Positions 26,169 through 40,063 of a DNA stretch of 64,000 nucleotides are shown here, in pieces. The stretch lies in NCBI RefSeq assembly GCF_006345805.1, contig NC_043005.1, positions 54,746,001 to 54,810,000 of the forward strand, read 5' to 3'. Within the stretch, counting starts at the first letter, position 1. The number at the start of each line of letters is the position of its first letter. The notes below the pieces were generated by a model. The model did not search any database. It saw only the letters and a list, made by a program, of their open reading frames with translations, and was not told where the DNA came from. This DNA comes from Octopus sinensis (taxonomy: Eukaryota). The position numbers and the translations under genes are program-made.

Positions 26169-26251
26169 AGACTTGAAGAGTGACTATATTTAAATTGAAT
26201 TGAGTTTACTGTTATCAGTTTGAAAATATAGCCACGAAACACGTGTAGTCT
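26169..26251 (+). ncRNA. Hammerhead ribozyme variant (C3U) at the end of an AT-rich (TA)n-flanked element (~25575-26490)
   Basis: agac TTGAAGA gtgactatattt..aaatatagccac GAAA cacgtg TA gtct; element end 26420-26490 is the reverse complement of 11812-11885. Confidence 0.72.
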
Positions 26252-26510
26252 TTTTACTAATTACATACTTTTTATTTATTTTGTACTTTACTTAATTATT
26301 GGTGTATGTTTTATCATATACTTAATTTTTTCTATATGGTATAATTTAATTATATCATTGTTATTTCATTGTTGAATTGATAAAATGTGATTCTTCTCTA
26401 ATTTATATACATATATTATATATTGTGAAATTTGATTTAGTATTACTAAATTGAATTTTTCCCTGTAAGTTTGGAATATATTCCCTAATATTATTATTAT
26501 TATTATTATT

Positions 26511-26586
<76 letters not shown>

Positions 26587-27724
26587 TTCACAAGTCAGAA
26601 AATATGTACTCATATATCTATCAGCAATTTCACACTGGGTTTTAAAACCAGGTGTTAAATAATAGCACAGTTAAATAATACTGCATGCTCTTCAGAGCTG
26701 GCAGATACGGAAAACATATTGTGCCATAATAGAAATATATTATTGCATACTTTAATGTGTGTGTGTGTGTGTATGCGTGAGTAGACAAACTAAAGAAAAG
26801 AGCTTTCAGCACAGTAGGATTTGCAAGGGACAAAATGAATACTAGTAGCCTTAGTAAATTAATTTGAGCTCTAAAAGATAGTAACAAAGTATATTCCATT
26901 TGCTGAGAAATAACTAGTAAGGCAAAACCTTATAGAATAAGCAATAATGGATGTGAATTTTGTATGGAAGAAATATACCAAATTTTCACTTCTAAATTTA
27001 CTCTTATGTACACAAGAGAGGGACAGGCTCAAAGATGTCCACACTTGAAAAAATATACATTTATACAATTTGAATAAACACAGCTTACCATCTATGGTTA
27101 CAATTATGATTATAATAATAAATGATATTTATACTAATAATACTACTAATAATAATAATGATATCATTTATTTGCCACTAAGGTGAAGGATGAGGAGGGC
27201 AATACAAAGGCAAACATAATATGTGGGGGGCTTACATATAATGAAATGATAGGGGTAAAATGTAAGTATACAAGGTATACAATGAAAAGGAAGGGACATA
27301 CACATAGTATACAAAGGTTTAAAAAAATAATACCAATAATAATATTAATTGAGGGTATAAACCAAAAATAAGAAAAAATACCTCTGAATAAATAATGTAC
27401 TCCATACAACAACATGTAAGCAAAACTGCTAAAATTAATTGAAATCTGAATAAACATTTTTAAAAGTACACTTCAACTGTAATAACAGTAGATGTGATTA
27501 TAAGACCAGAATTCCATCAAATATAAATGGTAACACTATTACCTTCAGCTGAATACCAAGGCAGCACACTTGTTTGAATCAGTTCACTTTGAAATCATTG
27601 TGAGTGGTAGACCCTTGATGTTGGCTAATTAGTTAAATCGGAAGAGAGAGACAGAGACAGAGACAGATAGACACACAGAAAGAAAACAAAAAAATGAACA
27701 AAGAAGCAATGAAACAAAGCGAGA

Positions 27725-27885
27725 AATTTATGTTCTGATTTTAAATGCCACCTGGATCAATTTCTCTTTAATGCCTTCAGGGTCGATAAAATAAGTACCA
27801 GTTGAGTATTGGGTCAATATAATCCACTTGTCTAAAATTGCTGGCCTAGTGTCAAAATTTGAAACCATTATCATTATCATTATTA

Positions 27886-27979
<94 letters not shown>

Positions 27980-28190
27980 AACAGTGAGCTGGCTGAATTG
28001 TTAGCACACCAGGCAAAATTCTTAGCAGCATTTCATCTGTCTTTACATTCTGAGTTCAAATTCCGCTGAGGTCAACTTTCCTTTTCATCCTTTCAGTGTC
28101 GATAAATTAAGTACCAGTTGCATACTGGGGTCGATCTAATCAACTGGCCCCCTCCTCAAAAATTTCAGGTCTTGTGCCTAGAATAGAAAA
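27725..28190 (+). mobile_element. Two SINE family B copies separated by (TTA)n
   Basis: GGTCGATAAAATAAGTACCAGTTG..; second copy with head GAGCTGGCTGAATTGTTAGCAC. Confidence 0.8.
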
Positions 28191-28217
28191 CATTGTTACT
28201 ATTATTATTATTATTAA

Positions 28218-28868
28218 GTTTTTTCCTTCTTTCTTCAAATTTTCTTCCGTTTCTCACCGAGTGTTTTCCATACACCTAGGACAGAGAAGCTCATTGCATG
28301 CATTCCCAGATTACACACGCAAATTCACAGATAAAATATGTATTTAAAAATTAATAAATAAATAAATTCATGGATGGATGTTGTTTTCACAGCGATAATG
28401 CTCTTCTCAGTACATGAGCCGTTCTAGTAAATACGATTTTTTGCAATTCATGTAGGGATGTAGGCCTGGAATCATTTTCAAATAGGTTTCAGTACCTTTT
28501 TTTATCATTCCTAGAGATCCTACAATCACTGGTACTGTAGTCGCCTTGAGATGCCACATTTTTTCAATTTCTATTAGCAGGTCTTTATATTTACTAATCT
28601 TGTCAAATTCTTTCGCTGCTATATTGTGATCGCAAGGAATACTCATGTCAATTAATAAACACTTCTTTTTTGTCTGATCTTTTATAATAATATCCGGTTT
28701 ATTAGCTTTTATAGTCTTGTCGGTCTGTACGGGGAAGTCCCATAGAATTGACACATTTTCTCCCTCAGTCACGGCTTCAGGATGGTGTTTATACCATTTG
28801 TCAATGGTTTTGATTTTATAATACCGACATATTGTCCAATGTAAATACTGGCCGACTCTGTCATATCT
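28218..28868 (-). pseudogene. R4/Dong-like non-LTR retrotransposon 3' fragment (restriction-like endonuclease)
   Basis: TEGENVSILWDFPVQTDKTIKANKPDIIIKDQTKKKCLLIDMSIPCD..KYKDLLIEIEKMW; flanked by (TTA)n on both sides. Confidence 0.88.
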
Positions 28869-28875
28869 TGCTTTA

Positions 28876-28949
<74 letters not shown>

Positions 28950-30550
28950 ATATCATTATTAATATCATTATCATTATTATTATTATTTTCATTCTGAGTT
29001 CAAATTCTGTCACGGTCTTCATCTTTCCTCCTTTCAAGGTAGATGAAATAAGTACCAGTTGAGCACTGGGGATCTACATTATCAACTATCCCCCAACCCC
29101 AAAATTTCAGGCTTTGTGCCTGCAGTAGAAAGGATTATCATCATCATCATCATCATCATTACGATCATCATCATCATTACGATCATCATAATCATCGTTG
29201 GATTTGTCAAAATGATTTCAGCATAGGAAAAACATATTAGCTCTTTACATTCTGAGTTCAATTCCTACCAGCTACATTATCTTTCATCATTTTCACGTTC
29301 CAGAAGCTAAAGTACCAGTCAAATACTGAGGTCGATGACAGCATTCTGCGAAAATCAGAAACTGTCATCATCATCATCATCATTATCATCATCATCATCA
29401 TTGTCATCACTACTTGAGTCTTGAGAGTCATGAATTGAGAGACTTAGTAAAGTGTTGGACAATATTCACTGCAGAACTTAACATAAAAATCTCTTGTATA
29501 ACAAGCCTCCTTGTATTATATGCATCTTCAAATTCACTTAAAATATCATGTATAACAACAGGCAATGCTGCACAGCTGCTACATGAGTAGATAATCTACC
29601 ATAATCCAATATATTAGTTTTTAATATTTCATTCTATAAGTTGATAGAAATAAGTTTGTATTCAATAAAGAAATAATAATCTGAAAAATAATCAATCAAA
29701 CATTATTACATCTTTTTTTTTTCCTTAATAAAAGTGGGTAGGTAAAAAAATAAAAATTGTTGTCTAATTCCATGTGTTATTCATACCCAAATTTTACTCT
29801 TGATTTCTGGTTTAAAAAACTGGGCAGATTATAAATTGAGCTGTACAATAGTTATGTTGCTTTAAAATGTTCTGGATTCATATCCTGCCAAGAACGGATT
29901 TGCCTTTTATATTTTGAGTCAATTGACTTCATACCCACTCCACCGAAAAATATGTGGTTTTTGTACAAAGTTTATAAATCGTTGTTATTACATGTTACTA
30001 TTGTAGTCTGATATGTATTGATTGGTTTTCTGGTTTTATTTTATTTATAATCTTTTGTTCCGACAACTCAGGCTGCACTCTAGTTTATTGTCGTTTGAAC
30101 ACAACGAGATTCGAATTAATTGAATATTGGTCTTATAAGTGACTACAATATCGTAAAAATTCGTTGGGGGGAGACATTTTGGAATAGGACAATATTTATT
30201 TCTCCCGTTATATTGCAAGTAATAATTTATAAATTCAAACTAAAGTAGAAATAACAATAATTATTGATTACTTTTTTTTAATATGAAAATCTGGCCAATT
30301 TTGCGAGAGACTGAATCGATTAAATTGATCTGAGTATATTTCAAGAGAGGAGGGAAATTCAGTGAAGAGTGGGGGCACCCTTGTGTGTTAAAATGCAATT
30401 TTGACCATGTGGGAACTGAACTTAGATTGACAAAGAAAGAAATTAAAATGCATTTAGTCAGAAGTAAAACACCACAGATGAAGAAAATGAATGATGGTCT
30501 GTGTTTGCCAAAAACATCCTTTCAATAAAAGAAATATTATTATTTGCATC

Positions 30551-30949
30551 AGGAGTGGCTGTGTGGTAAGTAGCTTGCTAACCAACCACATGGTTCCAGA
30601 TTCAGTCCCACTGTGTGGCATCTTGGGCAAGTGTCTTCTGCTATAGCCCCGGGCCAACCAATGCCTTGTGAGTGGATTTGGTAGACGGAAACTGAAAGAA
30701 GCCTGTCGTATATATGTATATATATATAAGTGTGTGTGTATATGTTTGTCCCCCTAGCATTGCTTGACAACCGATGCTGGTGTGTTTACGTCCCCGTCAC
30801 TTAGCGGTTCGGCAAAAGAGACCGATAGAATAAGTACTGGGCTTACAAAGAATAAGTCCCGGGGTCGATTTGCTCGACTAAAGGCGGTGCTCCAGCATGG
30901 CCGCAGTCAAATGACTGAAACAAGTAAAAGAGTAAAGAGTAAAAGAGTA
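30551..30949 (+). mobile_element. SINE family A, best-preserved copy
   Basis: Complete head to tail with CpGs retained; tail AGTAAAAGAGTAAAGAGTAAAAGAG. Confidence 0.92.
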
Positions 30950-31266
30950 TATACTACGTAATATATTCAGGAAGGTACAGTTTCAAAATACATTAGTTGC
31001 TGTAGTATATGCCACAGGAAAAACGCTTCTTTTTGCAATAACAAAACATTCAACACACTTGGTTCGTTGGTACATGGGATTCTGGAACATCAGTGTTTTG
31101 ACATGTCATGTCTTGTCAGCCAGTAGCATCTGCACTTTTGAGCTTATATCATGCTGCTGGCTTCGCTTATACTTTCTGTGAACAAATTATTTGTTGATCA
31201 TTACCAATCAATAAAAAAATATTATTTGCACTGTGTACAGTGAGATCTGAAATGATTATCTGCATT

Positions 31267-31544
31267 TTTATTCTCAATATGTCCAGTCAGGTTAGAACAC
31301 AAAATATGCTGGTCATTGTATTGTAGTGTACATCTTAAGAGGAAAAACTTCTCCCTTTTACATTGACAGAGTGCTCACCAGTATCCCGGTCAATGAGCTG
31401 AATGTGTTGAAACCAATGTCCTGGCCAGCGAGAGGAATATATTGAAAACACTGTCATCATAAAAGGAAGAAGTTTTTCTTCTATGATGTGCACTACATTG
31501 GCATTTTTTGGCATCCAAACCTGCCTGGATGTATTAAGAATAAA
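31267..31544. mobile_element. Old MITE/foldback with ~110-bp imperfect inverted arms
   Basis: TTTATTCTCAATATGTCCAGTCAGGTT..TGTAGTGTACATC..GAAAAACTTCTCCCTTTTA versus TAAAAGGAAGAAGTTTTTC..GATGTGCACTACA..AACCTGCCTGGATGTATTAAGAATAAA. Confidence 0.75.
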
Positions 31545-32714
31545 TATAACATAAACAGCTATACAATAAAGTTCCCCAAATAGAATTAAATTGTGTTTTG
31601 TAAATAGAAGAGAATTCTATTGCTTAAGACTATATTTATATATTTCTATATAGTTTGGGACTAAATTTCTTCACTGATGTTAAGTTATGTTCAAACTTTA
31701 AAGCTTCTATGTGCTCATTTGCAAAAACTTGCACCCTATCATCTTAAATAAAGAAAAGGTACATTAAATAATCTAGTCCTACATACTTCTAAAGCTAATA
31801 TGGTGATGGTCGTTGTTGGAATAAATTTATTCATAGATTTCCTCATTCAGAATTTAATTTGAGCCAAACAACAATAAAAACAAAAACCCATAAACAATGC
31901 CAAAACTATTAAGAAAGGCTAAATATAGCAGCTAAAAACTTCCTCATTAACCCTTCGTTAATCACCTGGCCTTTCCGAACATGGTTAGTCACATGGGGTA
32001 TTTACACACCCCAATAGAAAAATGTTTGTAGTTTTAGCATTAAGTAAAATATACTCATTCTGTTGGTTCAGGATATATCTTCACTCACTGCTGAGAAGTT
32101 TGAAACCCTTGTCACTGACTGATATTAATATAAAATAATACAATAATTTATAAAATTACAGAAAAACTAAAAAATCTTAGATTCAGATCGCATTTATTTT
32201 TGAACTCGAAACCTTCATGTTAAAATTAAAAGTGGTTAGCTACTTTCTTAATCAGTGGGCCATCATTTCATGTTAAATAGGAATAAAGCACCTGCCGGTG
32301 ACTGGAGGTTAAACTAGTTGAAACATTGGTATCAAATTTTAGCACAAGGCCAGCAAATTCAGGGGAGCAGGAGAAGTAAAAATGGGATTGAAAGTGAGTT
32401 ACCTCAACTGTTCATGACTTTGAGGTGTTTTAACACTGGGTCTCCGAGAGTGCATACACTCCACCATGCTATTGCAACCACCTGGAAATACATGAAGCAT
32501 ATAGCATATGCATTAAGCATATGTAGTTAATAATAATTATTCATTTTACAATTGTAACTACTGCTTACATCAGTGGATTATGCATACATTAACGAAGACA
32601 TGGGCAATCTTTTTTTTTTTTCTCTTGTTGCAGCAAGCTTCATGAGATATCATAAATAACACCTCACTATTAAAAAAACAATTTAGCCTACATCTATATC
32701 TAATCCAGTACATC

Positions 32715-33185
32715 ACATCAAATCATGAAAATAAACTGTCTATAGTACAAACACATCATATTTTTATATTAAGTAAATCATGAAAATATACAAGAGTCAG
32801 ATTATTACATAACTAGATTTAACACTGTGGATAGTAAGCGTACATCATATATTGCATTAGCTAAATCATAAAACTACTTTAGAGCCAGACCTCAAGATTA
32901 TATATAAATTTAACACTCTGTATCATATATTACATTTACTAATCATAAAAATATATTAGAGTTACACCTAAATATTATGTTACTAAGTTTAACAAACTCC
33001 GAATGTAATACAAAGTACACTATATATTTATATTAAGTAAATCATAAAAATGTACCAGTGTCAGACTTAAAGATTATATTTAATAAACAGCATTTGTAAT
33101 TATAATACACACCTTGTATTACATTAAGTAAATCATAAAAGTATATAACAGACAATCCTAAAAATTATTTTAATAAATCATTACA
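32715..33185. repeat. Degenerate tandem array, ~6 units of ~60-100 bp
   Basis: Recurrent ATTAAGTAAATCATAAAA..AGAGTCAGAC..AAGATTAT..TTTAACAC. Confidence 0.7.
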
Positions 33186-33194
33186 TTTGAATGA

Positions 33195-33812
33195 TATTGG
33201 TTTCAAATTTTGGCACAAGGTCAGGAATTTTAAGAGAGGGGGATAAGTTGGTTACATCGATCCCAGTATTCAACTGGTTTTTATTTTATCGACCTTGAAA
33301 GATTGAAATGCAAAGTTGATATCGGCGGAATTTGAACTCAGAACTTAAAGACAGACGAAATACCTCTAAGCATTTTGCCCAGCAGGCTAACAATTCTGCC
33401 AGTTTGCTCCCTTACATTTGTATAATAATGCTTTCTACTATATGCACAAGGCCTGAAACTTGTGGAGAGGGGGTAAGCCGATCACATCAACCCCAGTACT
33501 TGACTGGTATTTAATTTATCAACCCCAAAAGGATGAAAAGCAAAGCTGACCTTGACAGAATTTGAACTCAGAACATAAAGACAGATGAAATGCCTCTAAG
33601 CATTTTACCCGGCATGCTAACGATACCACCAGCTCACCATCTTATATTTATATAATTATGACATTACATATTTTTTCCTCAATTTGGCACAAGGCAAGTA
33701 ATTTTGAGGGAAGTCAGTTACATCAACCCCAGTAGGCAACTGGTACTTATTTTATCAAACCTCAAAGGGGTGAAAGGCCAAGTCAATCTCAGTGGCATTT
33801 GAACTCAGAACA
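33195..33812 (-). mobile_element. Three tandem SINE family B copies
   Basis: Each GCACAAGG..ACATC.ACCCCAGTA..ACTGGT..TTTATC..GAAA.G..AAAG..GAATTTGAACTCAGAAC. Confidence 0.85.
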
Positions 33813-36015
33813 CAAACAACATTACGTATGCCATGGAAAATATAATAAAGAGCCACAGGAGAAACTTTATCACCCTGCCTGTCAAACTTCTTCCTGTGGT
33901 ACTTTATTAGAACTGGATGAAATCAACTGTCAAATGCTAATTGTCTCGGCTATGGGCACATCATGGTGTCATTGACAGGATATGAAAAAAAAAACAGCAA
34001 ATTTCTCAGCTGGTTATCCAGTACTCTTATTTTATCAGTCACCCAGACTCGGAAAACAAAAAACAAAAAAAAAATTGCCATTTCCACCGCTGAAATTTTG
34101 TTATATTTTGTATTTCAGAAAACACGCAGGGAAATCCAATTTTCCAACCTCCCCTTTTCCCCCCACCACCACACAACTGTACTGTTGTTCTTTTCTTTTC
34201 ATGTACATTATGGCTCTTTCTTTCTTTTTTTTTTTCGGTGAGAGGAGGGGAATCCCTTCATGAGATTGTTTGGTAGGGGAGGAAAAAAATGAATAGAATA
34301 AATTTTACAAGAAAATTATATTTATAAAAAAAAAAGAAATAGAAAGAAAAGGTTAGAAGGGGGTTACTATTTTGGGGTGCTGTGATTTTTTTTTTTTCTT
34401 TCTTTTTGTCTTCTTTCCTTTTAACTAGAAAACTATCAAAATAAATGTATCATTACTTTGCGTGTCTATTCATTGTTTCGCCGTCATCTTTAGAAGTTTT
34501 GTCATATCACTGATATCATAACACGAAACTTTTGTCAGATTCATTCATACATTCGTGATGAGGATTTCTATTTGTTTGTTCATTTGTTTGTTTGTTTGAT
34601 GTTTTCTATAGTGAAAGTGATGAAACAAAACAATAGACTAAACACTAACAACGACAACAACAACAACAACAACAAGGCGTAAACTGCTTCGTGAAGAGAA
34701 AGAAGATAAAAAAATAATAATCTTGCTCATTTATTATCCGGATATTAAATGAGCAGAATAAATATTCTGTTTTATTTCATTAATGGAAATATTTTCATCT
34801 TGTTTTCTTTTTGACTAAGCACAGGGCTTTGGGGTTTTTTTCATATTTTTTGTTTCTTTTTTAATGGGATTATATGACATTTATGCCTTTCCTAAGTGGC
34901 CTGAATAGATCTGAAATGATTCTAGTTATGGATTGAAGCTGCATAGTGGTTTCAGTATACTAGAAGCTTATATTTTGCTCTGTGGTGCTTAGCATAATAA
35001 TACAAAAACTACCAAGACACACAGAAGTTCCATATTGTATAACTGTTCTTATTTCTGTTTTGAAGCATAAATTTGCATAAATAGTATTCCAGCAGGTGAC
35101 AAGTTCATTATAAATTGACTCGTCATAAACTTTGGTTCCTTAATTCCTAATGAACCATAGGTAAAGACTAATTATTACACCATGTAACACACTTTTTGTC
35201 CTTGGGTAGCAACTGTTATTTCCTATTTGCTTAACCCTAGAAAGTATGGAAAATGACTAATAGTTCCTTCAAATTATGCTTATTCAAACCCCAAAGAATC
35301 TCTCTTAACACATGGCTATGATGCTCCTTCACTACTTCTGCTCATGATCAGATATGCACATATCGTCAGCCACTAAGGGACATGCTCAAATGGTTAAGGT
35401 CAAGCAACTGACAAGCAAACCTGTGGTATTGAGCTGAATATTTGCTATAATGATATTTCTGCTTCAGCAACTCAATGCTGGATCCGTCAGAAACGTAATG
35501 GAAAATAGGTCAGTTTCAAAACATTACTGTGCAGGTCACAAAACAAACTTTGAAGAGAATAGTAATTTCCTTTGGTTTCTAGAAAGAAGCAAATAGGCAA
35601 TAACATTAATTGCCCAAAGACAAAAAAAAAGAAGAAAAGTTTTGTTTCACAGTGTTTTGGATTAAATATTTTTACATAAATACGCATAAATTTATAGATT
35701 TTTATGACATTGCTTCATTATATTGAAGACTTTGATCACATCATAAGTTTTATTCCATAGTTAAGGTTCTTTAAAACATAATACATGAATTTGCTTCATT
35801 ACATTAATACTTAATTATGTCTTCAAGTTCATCCCATAGTTAAGATTGCTAAAAACCTAACACTCAAACACTTATGACAAACAGGATGTTATTAATAAAA
35901 GTAAAATTACTTAAGTTGATGAGGAGAAATCAAGAAACTCAGAGCCCATGCTCCCAAGCCCTTAGAAGTATAAATCCCCCTAAAGGTTGGAGGTATGGGC
36001 CTCAATCTTTATTAG

Positions 36016-36575
36016 CATCATCATCATCATCATCATCATCATCACTTACCATCCATTTTCTATGCTGGCATGGGTCAGACAGTTTGACAGGAGCTGACCA
36101 GCTCAAGGGCTGTTCAAGCTCCCTGTCTGTTTTGGCACGGTTTCTATGGTTGGGTGCCCTTCCTAACACTAACTACTTTACAGAGTATTCTGGGTGCTTT
36201 TGCACAGCACCAGCATGGGTCCTTTTTATGTGGCACCAAGACTTTTGAGCCTGCAAGATTAGGGATGCCCAGCTCCGGAGAGGGTTGCAGAGAATGAGCC
36301 TGTACACAAGGGCAACCATGATTTTACATAGCTTGATGTGTCTTTTCAAGCTCAGCAACCTGCCAGGAGTCTCAGTTCCCTATCATTCCCTCTGTGAGTC
36401 CCAACGTCTGTAGATCCTTTCTCACTACTTTGTCGCATGTCTTCCTGGATCTACTCTTCTCACATGTTCCCTTCACAATTAAGAGATCAGCACCTCTTGA
36501 TGTAACTGTCTTCATTCATACACATTACATAACAATACCAATACAATCTTCTCTCTTGCACACTACATCTGATGC
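36016..36575 (-). mobile_element. RTE LINE 3' fragment (another piece at ~36920-37080, +)
   Basis: (ATC)n tail then GGTGCCCTTCCTAACAC.. and CATGTCTTCCTGGATCTAC as in the 17.7-18.3 kb copy. Confidence 0.75.
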
Positions 36576-38395
36576 TTCATACTGGCTTCATTTCTTTCAA
36601 GTCTTTACGTATCCCATTTCTATAAATATAGACAACAAAATCCTTACAATTTTTGTACCGGCTCTGTACCTGGCTGTTTATATGTAGCATAAAAGCAAAC
36701 TAATAGCATCTTTTAACTCTTTTGATACCAACCCATCTGATACAACCACAGGTTTAATCATATAAACTTCCCATTTTTAAGTTATCAAAATTAAAACTTC
36801 TCATGAAATTTCTTGTAGGTTTAAGTTCCAAACACTTGCTATGCTCCACTGCATGGGTAATGTCAGTGTGTGCATGCACAACAGAGTGTAAATGATTTTA
36901 GAAGAAAACTGGGTATAAGAAGCATCAGAATCAGATGCTGTGTGCAAGAGAGAAGACTGCACTGGTTTTGTCAAGTGATGTGTATGGATGAAGACAGCTG
37001 CATAAAGAAGTGCTGAGCTCTAACTGTAGAAGGTACCTGTAGAAGGGGTAAACTCAAGAAGATATGGGACAAAGTAGTGGAGGAGGGGCTAGATCAATTA
37101 AATAGACCCCAGTGCTCAACTAGTAAAAGGATGAAAGGCGAAGTTGACCTCAGCAGCATTTGGACCCAGAATGTAAAGATAAACAAATATCGCTAAACAT
37201 TCTACTCAGTGTGCTAGCAATTCTGCCAGCTTCTCCTTAACACTAATATCACAATACCCCCCTCCCCCTCTCTCATATGTGTATGTATGTCTGTATGTAT
37301 GTCCCTTCCAAGCTTTCTCAACTGAGTAGAATATGCTTTGCTGAAGAGATCATGCAAGCCTGAAACACTGGCTGCTGTCATCAGTTGACTTTAAAACAAG
37401 AACTATTCCCACATGCATCACAAATTGGCTAAAACTTCAGTCAGTTGATTATATTGGAATTATTTTCTTTGCTTGTTGCTTTTAGATTTTAAATACTTCT
37501 CGAATGTTTTTTATCAGTTCATTGTATGAAGAATATCAGTTAATCAAAGTTTGTCAACTCACTATATTACATATATTTGACCCTACCATATATGATAAAA
37601 TATATATACTAGTCAATCGATTATTCCTTCCCTCAAAATGTGTGGTCTTGCGCCAATATTAGAAATCAATAGTATAATATTTTTTTTTAAGACTAAGCGG
37701 GAAAAAGTGCTAAAATGAAGCAAGGCATTGAATAGTGCTAATATTATTCCTACAGAGTAAAAAAGACCAGTAATAACAGCTTAAATTATATATTTTAAAA
37801 TGCATCTAAGAATCTATAAATAATTATTAGTTTCTTATAGATTCACATAGATTCTTAAAATACCAATTAATCTGAAGAGAAAATGAAAAACTTGCTTCAA
37901 AATTAGATATTTTTCTTGTGTTTTTTTTTACAATTCGGTAATAATGTTTTGTTAATAACATGAATCTCAGCTTAACATTCGGTAAGTTATAATTCTAAAT
38001 CATGCCCTGGATCTTGCTAATATGTTCTCAGTTCCAATGCTACTGAAGTTGTGAGGTAGCAAGCTGGCAGAATCTTTAGCATGCCAGGCAAAATGCTTAG
38101 AGGGGTTTCATCTGCTTTTTTATTCTGAGTTCAAATTCTGCCAAGGTTGACTTAACCTTTCATCCTTTCAGGGTCAATAAAATAAGCTGAGCACTGGGAT
38201 TGATGTAATTGACTTATGCTCTCCCCTGAAACTGCTGGCCTTGAGCCAAAATTTAAAACCAGTCTTACTGAAGTCAACTTTTCCATTCAGTTTTCTGGGA
38301 GGAAAGGGCAATAAAATAAAGTACCAGTCAAATACTGGGGTCAATTTAATGAACTATACCCTCACCCAAAATTACCAAAATAGTAAAATATGGGT

Positions 38396-38622
38396 ACTCT
38401 TTACTCTTTTACTTGTTTCAGTCATTTGACTGCGTCCATGCTGGAGCACCACCTTTAGTCGAACAAATCGACCCCAGAACTTATTCTTTGTAAGCCTAGT
38501 ACTTATTTATATCGGTTTCTTTTGCCAAGCCGCTAAGTTACGGGGGATGTAAACATACCAGCATTGGTTGTCAAGTGATGTTGGGGGGACAAACACAGAC
38601 ACACAAACATATACACACATAT

Positions 38623-38669
<47 letters not shown>

Positions 38670-38822
38670 GCTTCTTTCAGTTTCCGTCTACCAAATCCAC
38701 TCACAAGGCTTTGGTTGGCCTGAGGCTATAGTAGGAGACACTTGCCCAATGTGTCATGCAGAGAGACTGGACCCAGAACCATGTGGTTGGTAAGCAAGCT
38801 ACTTACCACACAGCCACTCCAG
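38396..38822 (-). mobile_element. SINE family A, full length (family B copies just upstream at ~38055-38370)
   Basis: Ends ..CTACTTACCACACAGCCACTCC; full body visible. Confidence 0.9.
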
Positions 38823-39159
38823 TGAATGAACAGGAAAAGAAGAGTATCAGATTAATGAAGAGCACTAATTCTGCCCAAGATCTCTTACACCTCTCCTACA
38901 ATCAATCATATAATCAAAATCTCAATGATCATGCATGATTAATTAAAAGAAAAATATAGATAAATAAGCTTTACATTTGACAGAGTAATCTGAATGTTAA
39001 CAGGTTCAGTCTCACTGGGTTAGTTTTTTGCACTTCATCCCTCCAAGGTCAATTATTTAGTTGAGATAATGATCAGGAGCCTTTAACAACCATCTCTCCA
39101 AATCCAGGAACTTGTTTCAGTTCATTCAGTTTTATGTCTGTTTTTCCAAGACAAGACTT

Positions 39160-39398
39160 ATTTCTTATTTCTTTATTGCCCACAAAAGGCTAAACATAGA
39201 GGGGACAAACAAGGACAGACAAAGAGATTAAGTCGATTACATTGACCCCAGTGCGTAACTGGTACTTAATTTATCGACCCCCAAAAGGATGAAAGGCAAA
39301 GTCGACCTCTGTGGAATTTGAACTCAGAACGTAACGGCAGACGAAATACTGCTAAGCATTTCGCCTGGCGTGCTAACGATTCTGACAGCTCGCCACCT
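39160..39398 (-). mobile_element. SINE family B, full length with TTTGTCTGTCCTTGTTTGTCC-type tail
   Basis: Near-identical to the + copy at 42571-42776. Confidence 0.9.
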
Positions 39399-39677
39399 TT
39401 TTTCCAAGACAGGATTGATGAGCTAGATTTTTCTACTGCTGGATGATTTCCTATTTCCAGCCTTCACTTCTTTTCCATGTAAGGTATGTTTCATTGCACT
39501 TGTCCTCATCCATTGAAAACTAAAACTACAGAACTCTTTGCTTACCAGAGATTGTAAATAAAGTCATCCATTTTCACTCAGATGGTGTTAATGATGACAT
39601 ATTGAACAACATACAAACACACATACACACAGGCAGTTAAACATACACACATATACGTTTTCATCAAGCAGTTCATT

Positions 39678-39895
39678 ATCATCATCATAGTTTAACGTCC
39701 ACTTTCCATGCTAGCATGGGTTGGACGATTTTGACTGAGGGCTGGCAAACCAGATGGCTGCACCAGGCTCCAATCTTGATCTGGCAGAGTTTCTACAGCT
39801 GGATGCCCTTCCTAACGCCAACCACTCCGAGAGTGTAGTGGGTGCTTTTTACGTGCCACCGGCATGGGGACCAGTCAGACGGTACTGGCAACGAC
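39678..39895 (-). mobile_element. RTE 3' end
   Basis: ATCATCATAGTTTAACGTCCACTTTCCATGCTAGCATGGGTTGGACG..CTGGATGCCCTTCCTAACGCC. Confidence 0.85.
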
Positions 39896-40063
39896 CTCTC
39901 ACAAAATATTCATCAGCCGAAAGTTACTGTAGAAAGCCCTTGCTCAAGATGTCACACACTGGGACTAAACCTAGTGATCTTGTGGTTGCAAAGCAACCTT
40001 CATAACCCCACAACTATGCTTGCAAGCATAAAACAATATTTCATTATGCAGTGCCTGCAGAAA

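Noticed and set aside
37338-37375. CTGAAGA..GAAA motif (similar weak cases at ~7265, ~12600, ~12785 and ~26690)
   Set aside because: Stems or the NUH site do not form convincingly
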